64,000 nucleotides of DNA, taken from an uncultured candidate division Zixibacteria bacterium. Its GTDB lineage: Bacteria > Zixibacteria > MSB-5A5 > GN15 > FEB-12. The stretch spans positions 3,136,001 to 3,200,000 of the forward strand of contig OY760907.1 of the NCBI GenBank assembly GCA_963664195.1, in the 5' to 3' direction. The translations under genes and the position numbers were made by a program. Within the stretch, counting starts at the first letter, position 1; every line of letters begins with the position of its first letter. Of this stretch, positions 59,398 through 64,000 are shown one piece after another. A model generated the notes under the pieces. The model had not been told where the DNA came from. It searched no databases and saw only the letters and a list, made by a program, of their open reading frames with translations.

Positions 59398-60812
59398 TCC
59401 TGGTGTCGAATCGCCTCCCGGTTCAGATTGAGACGGGGGATGAGGGCCCGGAACTGCGCGCTGCCTCTGGTGGATTGGTGACGGCCCTTGCGCCGCTGAT
59501 TCGCAAGGCTGGCGGCACCTGGATCGGCTGGCCCGGTTGCGATTCCACCGTAGATGCCGGACCACTGCTGGATTCTCACAGCAGCGATCTGGGGTACCGC
59601 CTCAAGGCGGTGAGTCTATCTCAGGATCAAATCCGTGATTTCTACCGAGGTTTCGCCAATCAATCGATATGGCCGCTCTTCCATGATCTTCTCGGGCAGG
59701 CGAGTTTTCATCTCCCGAACTGGGAACAGTACTGTGCCGTCAATCGGCTTTTCGCAAAGGAGACCTTCCGGGCCATAGACGATGACTGTTTTGTCTGGAT
59801 TCACGATTATCAGCTCCTTATGGTCGGCAAGGAGCTTCGCGAACTCGGCTACGACCGCTACCTGCATTTCTTTCTCCACATTCCGTTTCCCTCGCGAGAT
59901 CTCTTCCAACGATTCCCGTGGCGGGATGATCTCCTGAGGGGAATGCTGGAATACGATCATCTCGGGTTTCAAACAGAAAAAGACAAACGGAACTTCCTTC
60001 AGTGTGTAAGGGCGTTTGTTCCGGAAGCCGCAGTGAGATCGAAACGGTTTCAGTCACAGGTAGGGTACGAAGGTCGCACGATCAAGGTCGGCAACTACCC
60101 GATTAGCATCGATTTTACTGACTTCGATAGCGGCGCCCGAACTGAGGATGTCGCCAACGCGTCGTGGTATATCAAGGAGAACGTTCGGGCGGACACTCTC
60201 GCTCTTGGACTGGACCGCCTCGACTATACAAAGGGTATCGGGCAGCGATTTCTCTCGTGGGAGCGTGCGCTGGAGAAGTATCCCGAGCTGATCGGTAAAC
60301 TATCGCTCCTGCAGGTAGTGGTGCCCAGTCGACTCAACGTGCCAGAGTATCAGGATATCAAGGTTGAGCTGGATCAACTGGCCGGAAGAATCAATGGACG
60401 TTTCTCAGAGCACGGTTGGATCCCCATTCACTATATGTTTCGTAGACTCGACCGGGTGCAGTTGCTCGGGCACTATCGAGCCTGTGAAATTGCTCTCATC
60501 ACGCCGCTTCGCGACGGAATGAATCTGGTGGCCAAGGAATACTGTGCCGCCTCTGTTGATGAGGGCGGCGTGCTCATCCTCTCGGAGTTTGCCGGTGCCG
60601 CCGCGCAACTGGATAAGGGTGCCCTTGTTGTCAATCCGTACGATGTTGAGGGTACGGCAGACGCAATCTACGCAGCCTTCTCCATGGATCCGCAGGAACG
60701 CGCTGCCCGAATGCGGAAACTGCGAATGGGGATTCGTTGCAATGACGTTCACCGATGGGTTTCCTGGTTCATGGAAGAGCTGCCGACGATTCCGGAAGAG
60801 TCTCTGGCCTGA
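59370..60812 (+). CDS. otsA: Trehalose-6-phosphate synthase
   Basis: [32 protein letters not shown] and [10 protein letters not shown]. Confidence 0.95.
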   Translation: MAEGINKRIILVSNRLPVQIETGDEGPELRAASGGLVTALAPLIRKAGGTWIGWPGCDSTVDAGPLLDSHSSDLGYRLKAVSLSQDQIRDFYRGFANQSIWPLFHDLLGQASFHLPNWEQYCAVNRLFAKETFRAIDDDCFVWIHDYQLLMVGKELRELGYDRYLHFFLHIPFPSRDLFQRFPWRDDLLRGMLEYDHLGFQTEKDKRNFLQCVRAFVPEAAVRSKRFQSQVGYEGRTIKVGNYPISIDFTDFDSGARTEDVANASWYIKENVRADTLALGLDRLDYTKGIGQRFLSWERALEKYPELIGKLSLLQVVVPSRLNVPEYQDIKVELDQLAGRINGRFSEHGWIPIHYMFRRLDRVQLLGHYRACEIALITPLRDGMNLVAKEYCAASVDEGGVLILSEFAGAAAQLDKGALVVNPYDVEGTADAIYAAFSMDPQERAARMRKLRMGIRCNDVHRWVSWFMEELPTIPEESLA

Positions 60813-60980
60813 AACCACGGAACTCATTTACGAGGATGCTCCGGGGAGTCACTTCCGTGTGTTTGTTGATCGGGAAACCGGGCATCTGTTTCTGGCCGAC
60901 CTCCAGACATAGGCAACGCTCCAGAGACATTAGGCTAATCAGCCGCTGACTCCAAGCCGATAGTAATGCATATATAGAGG

Positions 60981-60994
60981 TTGCATAATTGCAA
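60981..60994. promoter_or_regulatory. Palindromic activator site (possible autoregulation)
   Basis: TTGCATAATTGCAA, same TTGCA-N4-TGCAA pattern as the sites at 62377 and 62411. Confidence 0.55.
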
Positions 60995-61032
60995 TCCGAT
61001 TAGTACATTACGGTCGGAAGTAGGTTAGCCAG

Positions 61033-62364
61033 ATGAAGAAGTCAGTTTCCAATCCCGACAGCACGGGAATCATTCTCGATTCAATCGCCGATGGCGTGTT
61101 TACGGTGGACCGTGATTGGCGGATCACCTCGTTCAATCGAGCCGCCGAGGACATCACCGGCATAGCGCGAGAAGAAGCTGTCGGGCAACGATGTTGCGAT
61201 GTCTTCCACGCTTCCATCTGTGAAACAAGTTGCTCGCTGAGAGAGACTTTCGATACCGGTCGCCCGGTCGTGAATCGCGCAGTTTATGTGGTTGACTCCG
61301 ATGGCGAGCGTATTCCGATTAGCATATCCACCGCCGTACTCAAAGACAAAAAAGGGAATATCGTTGGCGGCGTGGAGACGTTCCGGGACCTGACAGCAAT
61401 CGAAGATCTCCGGCGTGAATTGGAACGAAAGTACTCGTTCCACGATATTATATCCAAAAACAGCGCCATGCTCGGTATTTTTGACATCCTTCCGGGGGTC
61501 GCCGAAAGCGACAGTACGGTTCTTGTGGAGGGAGATACTGGAACCGGCAAGGAATTGATTGCCCGGGCGTTACACAGTTTATCTGAACGCAAAGATGAAC
61601 CGTTTGTGGCGGTCAATTGCGGCGCATTGCCGGACACGCTTCTTGAGTCGGAGTTGTTTGGTTACGAGGCGGGAGCTTTTACTGATGCCAGAAGAGACAA
61701 ACCGGGGCGGTTTGCGTTAGCTGAAAGGGGAACGTTGTTTCTCGACGAGATCGCTGACGTTTCTCCTGCTCTGCAAGTACGGCTTCTTCGGGTCATCCAG
61801 GAGAGAGTGTTCGAGCCGCTCGGTTCAACCAGGCCTGTGTCCTCGGATGTTCGTATTATTGCTGCTTCCAATAGGGACCTGGCTGCTCAGGTTAAGGCAG
61901 GCACTTTCCGCGAGGACCTGTTTTATCGAATCAACGTCATCAAAATCAAGCTGCCACCGCTCCGAGATCGACGTGAGGATATACCCCTGCTCGTGGATCA
62001 TTTCATTCGCCGGTTCAACAATATCAAGAAGAAGCATATCGAGGACGTTTCTCCCGATGCTCTCGCCGTGCTCGCAGGTTACGATTACCCGGGCAATGTC
62101 CGTGAACTGGAAAACGTGATCGAACACGCCTTTGTATTGTGCCGCACTGGGATGATAGAAGTTGGCGATCTTCCGCCCCAAATCAGAACGGTGTCCGAAG
62201 ACAACCCGGTCATTCGCGCCAAATCCATGGATGATCTCGAAGCCGCCTACATCCGCGACGTATTGAGAAAACACGGCTGGAATCGGGCCGAAAGTGCCAG
62301 GGAATTGGGCATGCACAAGACGACTCTCTGGCGCAAAATGAAGAAGCTCGGTATTCACAAGTAG
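61033..62364 (+). CDS. OrpR-like PAS-domain sigma54-dependent activator
   Basis: PAS with CX8CX3C, GDTGTGKE, GAFTDA, DLFYRINV and Fis-type HTH; upstream of orp-like genes. Confidence 0.9.
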   Translation: MKKSVSNPDSTGIILDSIADGVFTVDRDWRITSFNRAAEDITGIAREEAVGQRCCDVFHASICETSCSLRETFDTGRPVVNRAVYVVDSDGERIPISISTAVLKDKKGNIVGGVETFRDLTAIEDLRRELERKYSFHDIISKNSAMLGIFDILPGVAESDSTVLVEGDTGTGKELIARALHSLSERKDEPFVAVNCGALPDTLLESELFGYEAGAFTDARRDKPGRFALAERGTLFLDEIADVSPALQVRLLRVIQERVFEPLGSTRPVSSDVRIIAASNRDLAAQVKAGTFREDLFYRINVIKIKLPPLRDRREDIPLLVDHFIRRFNNIKKKHIEDVSPDALAVLAGYDYPGNVRELENVIEHAFVLCRTGMIEVGDLPPQIRTVSEDNPVIRAKSMDDLEAAYIRDVLRKHGWNRAESARELGMHKTTLWRKMKKLGIHK

Positions 62365-62376
62365 GCAATCAATAGA

Positions 62377-62424
62377 TTGCACTAGTACAACCATTCGCAA
62401 ATTACCGCTATTGCAATAGTGCAA
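62377..62424. promoter_or_regulatory. Pair of enhancer (UAS) palindromes
   Basis: TTGCACTAGTACAA (62377..62390) and TTGCAATAGTGCAA (62411..62424), 100-150 bp upstream of a sigma54-like promoter. Confidence 0.6.
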
Positions 62425-62524
62425 TCATTGTGTTTTTGACCGCCTTCAATTCCATTCAAACCATGACCGCATTTCGTTGTGGGGCTGTGCGATAGCCGCT
62501 GTGCCCAGATGTCGTTGAGGCAAT

Positions 62525-62540
62525 TGGCATGCTTTCTGTA
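62525..62540 (+). promoter_or_regulatory. Candidate sigma54 promoter of the orp operon
   Basis: TGGCATGCTTTCTGTA: -24 GG with correct spacing, -12 reads GT. Confidence 0.55.
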
Positions 62541-62552
62541 TTGTCGCACGGC

Positions 62553-63026
62553 ATGAATGCGAAAGTTGCAATACCTGTATGGGACGGAAGAGTCTCACCG
62601 GTGATGGACACGGCTCAGTGTCTGTTGGTGGTTCGGCTCCAGGACGGTCATGAAGTCGCGCGAGAGACGGTGACCGTTCCGCCCGGTCACTTTGCATCTG
62701 GGGCAGCATTCATTTCCAGCCTGAACATAGATGTCCTTATCTGCGGAGCGATCTCCTGCCGGTTTGAAGAAGCTCTTCGATCTGGCGACATCAAGGTTCA
62801 ACCGTGGCACTGCGGTGAAGCAGAAGACGTGTTGGCAGCTTTTGTCAGGGGTGATATCGAGAACGAAGGGTTTCGACTGCCCGGCTGTGGGCGCGGACGT
62901 CGAAGAGGTGGCACTGGTGGCCGCTGCCGCGTCCGTGGTGGAGCAGGACAGCGAAGACAAAACATGAGGAGCAAAGATGAGAATAGCGGTTTCGGCTCAA
63001 GGAAACGAACTGACAAGCAACGTTGA
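62553..63026 (+). CDS. NifB/NifX-family (IssA/MTH1175-like) protein
   Basis: VAIP....RVSPV.D.A, IDVLICGAIS and a Gly/Arg-rich tail. Confidence 0.85.
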   Translation: MNAKVAIPVWDGRVSPVMDTAQCLLVVRLQDGHEVARETVTVPPGHFASGAAFISSLNIDVLICGAISCRFEEALRSGDIKVQPWHCGEAEDVLAAFVRGDIENEGFRLPGCGRGRRRGGTGGRCRVRGGAGQRRQNMRSKDENSGFGSRKRTDKQR

Positions 63027-63339
63027 TCCGCGGTTTGGCAGGGCGCACTGTTTCCTGGTTTTTGACACTGCTGATGACAGTGTCGAGGTAGTGTCAAACG
63101 ACCAGAATATGAATGCCGCGCAAGGTGCCGGAATCCAGGCCGCACAAACTGTGGCCAACAAGAATGTGGATTTGGTAGTATCGGGTAATTTCGGACCAAA
63201 GGCATTCCGCGCACTGGCGGCGGCCAAGATCAAGGCTGCCTGTTGGGCCGAGGGGACGGTCGCGGATGCGATCCAGCTTGCCCGTGATGAAAAACTGGCC
63301 ATTAGCGACGGAGCTAATGTCGAAGGTCACTGGATGTAG
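62977..63339 (+). CDS. Orange protein (ORP)-like NifB/NifX-family protein
   Basis: IAVSA.G......VDPRFGRA, GAGIQAAQ and G.FGPKAF.AL..A.IK. Confidence 0.88.
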   Translation: MRIAVSAQGNELTSNVDPRFGRAHCFLVFDTADDSVEVVSNDQNMNAAQGAGIQAAQTVANKNVDLVVSGNFGPKAFRALAAAKIKAACWAEGTVADAIQLARDEKLAISDGANVEGHWM

Positions 63340-63358
63340 GCGACGAAAGGAGTCAGGT

Positions 63359-63679
63359 ATGCCAGGTGGAGATAGAACCGGACCAAATGGAGCCGGACCG
63401 ATGACAGGACGTGGTGCCGGTATGTGCGCCGGATACAATGTCCCGGGATACGCCAGCAGCGGTTATGGCCGTGGCTTTGGCAGAGGAATGGGTGGTGGAC
63501 GCGGACGTCGTAACCGGTTCTTTGCCACCGGAGCACAGGGTTGGCCAAATGTCCCGCAGCAGCCGGGGGGCAGCGAGCTGGAGGAACTTGCGATGCTACG
63601 CGAGGAGACGAAGCAGCTCAGAGCGGCCCTGGCAAAAATAGAACAACGGGTTCAGAACCTGCAACCAAAAGATGAGTAG
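63359..63679 (+). CDS. DUF5320 family protein
   Basis: MPGGDRTGP.G.GPMTGRG.G.C, Gly/Arg-rich middle, C-terminal coiled coil; AGGAG RBS. Confidence 0.85.
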   Translation: MPGGDRTGPNGAGPMTGRGAGMCAGYNVPGYASSGYGRGFGRGMGGGRGRRNRFFATGAQGWPNVPQQPGGSELEELAMLREETKQLRAALAKIEQRVQNLQPKDE

Positions 63680-63703
63680 GCCAGCCTGAACGGCAGGAGA
63701 CAG

Positions 63704-64000
63704 ATGAATACTATGGGGCGACACAACAATCAGGGTAGAGGTTGCGGTATCGGTCAGGGCCGGGGATGCGGCAGAGGGCGTGGGATGAGGGGAGGAGTCG
63801 GCATGGGTCAACAGCCGGTCTTCGGTGCCTTTGGGCAGTCAACGACTCCTCAGGAAGAAGTGTTCGTGCGACAGTCAGTGCCTGTTCCACAGCCGACAGA
63901 AATCGCGCCCCAACGAATTACACCACAGACCGGCGGCAATATCGCTGTTGTCTCGGAAGACGAGTGTATCGGCTGCGGCATATGTGCGGATGTCTGCCCG
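63704..64000 (+). CDS. 4Fe-4S ferredoxin-domain protein with Gly/Arg-rich N-terminus (truncated by window end)
   Basis: AGGAG RBS, ATG 63704, open to the window end; reads MNTMGRHNNQGRGCG...EDECIGCGICADVCP. Confidence 0.8.
   Translation, partial: MNTMGRHNNQGRGCGIGQGRGCGRGRGMRGGVGMGQQPVFGAFGQSTTPQEEVFVRQSVPVPQPTEIAPQRITPQTGGNIAVVSEDECIGCGICADVCP

Noticed and set aside
60901..60935. Imperfect tandem CTCCAGACATAGGC / CTCCAGAGACATTAGGC
   Set aside because: Only two degenerate copies; not CRISPR-like and no function can be supported.
1..64000. Genome-wide TGA recoding, CRISPR arrays, rRNA, IS elements
   Set aside because: Many conserved genes end properly at TGA; no repeat-spacer array, rRNA or transposase motif was seen.

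Overview
Bacterial chromosomal window in standard genetic code. It probably comes from an anaerobic or facultative FCB-group organism: the duplicated dockerin-like C-terminus of 29162..30433 resembles those of candidate phylum Zixibacteria (inference, not a database result). From left to right it holds: (1) the end of a Wzx/Wzy surface-polysaccharide locus with pseudaminic-acid genes pseG-pseH-maoC-pseI; (2) tRNA-Tyr, a MATE pump and small hypothetical genes; (3) a small ORF plus a Rad50/RloC-like ABC ATPase converging on an imuA-imuB-dnaE2 mutasome whose promoter carries a clear SOS-box-like palindrome; (4) a beta-barrel-like gene split by one in-frame TGA, a beta-helix/dockerin protein and a DUF362/polyferredoxin pair; (5) an orphan membrane gene bracketed by an exact 97-bp direct repeat; (6) a hybrid histidine kinase and a doubly frameshifted gene; (7) a marR-RND-tolC-tetR efflux unit; (8) a trimeric [FeFe]-hydrogenase operon hydC-B-A with an embedded two-component pair and maturases hydG-F-E; (9) a DUF5752-treT-otsB-otsA trehalose operon; (10) an OrpR-like sigma54 activator with visible enhancer sites followed by the start of an orange-protein (orp) operon. 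No CRISPR array, rRNA, transposase or integrase was seen. The best leads are the two-gene RloC-like module, the 97-bp-duplication insertion, the SOS box, a recurring sigma28-like promoter and the in-frame TGA.
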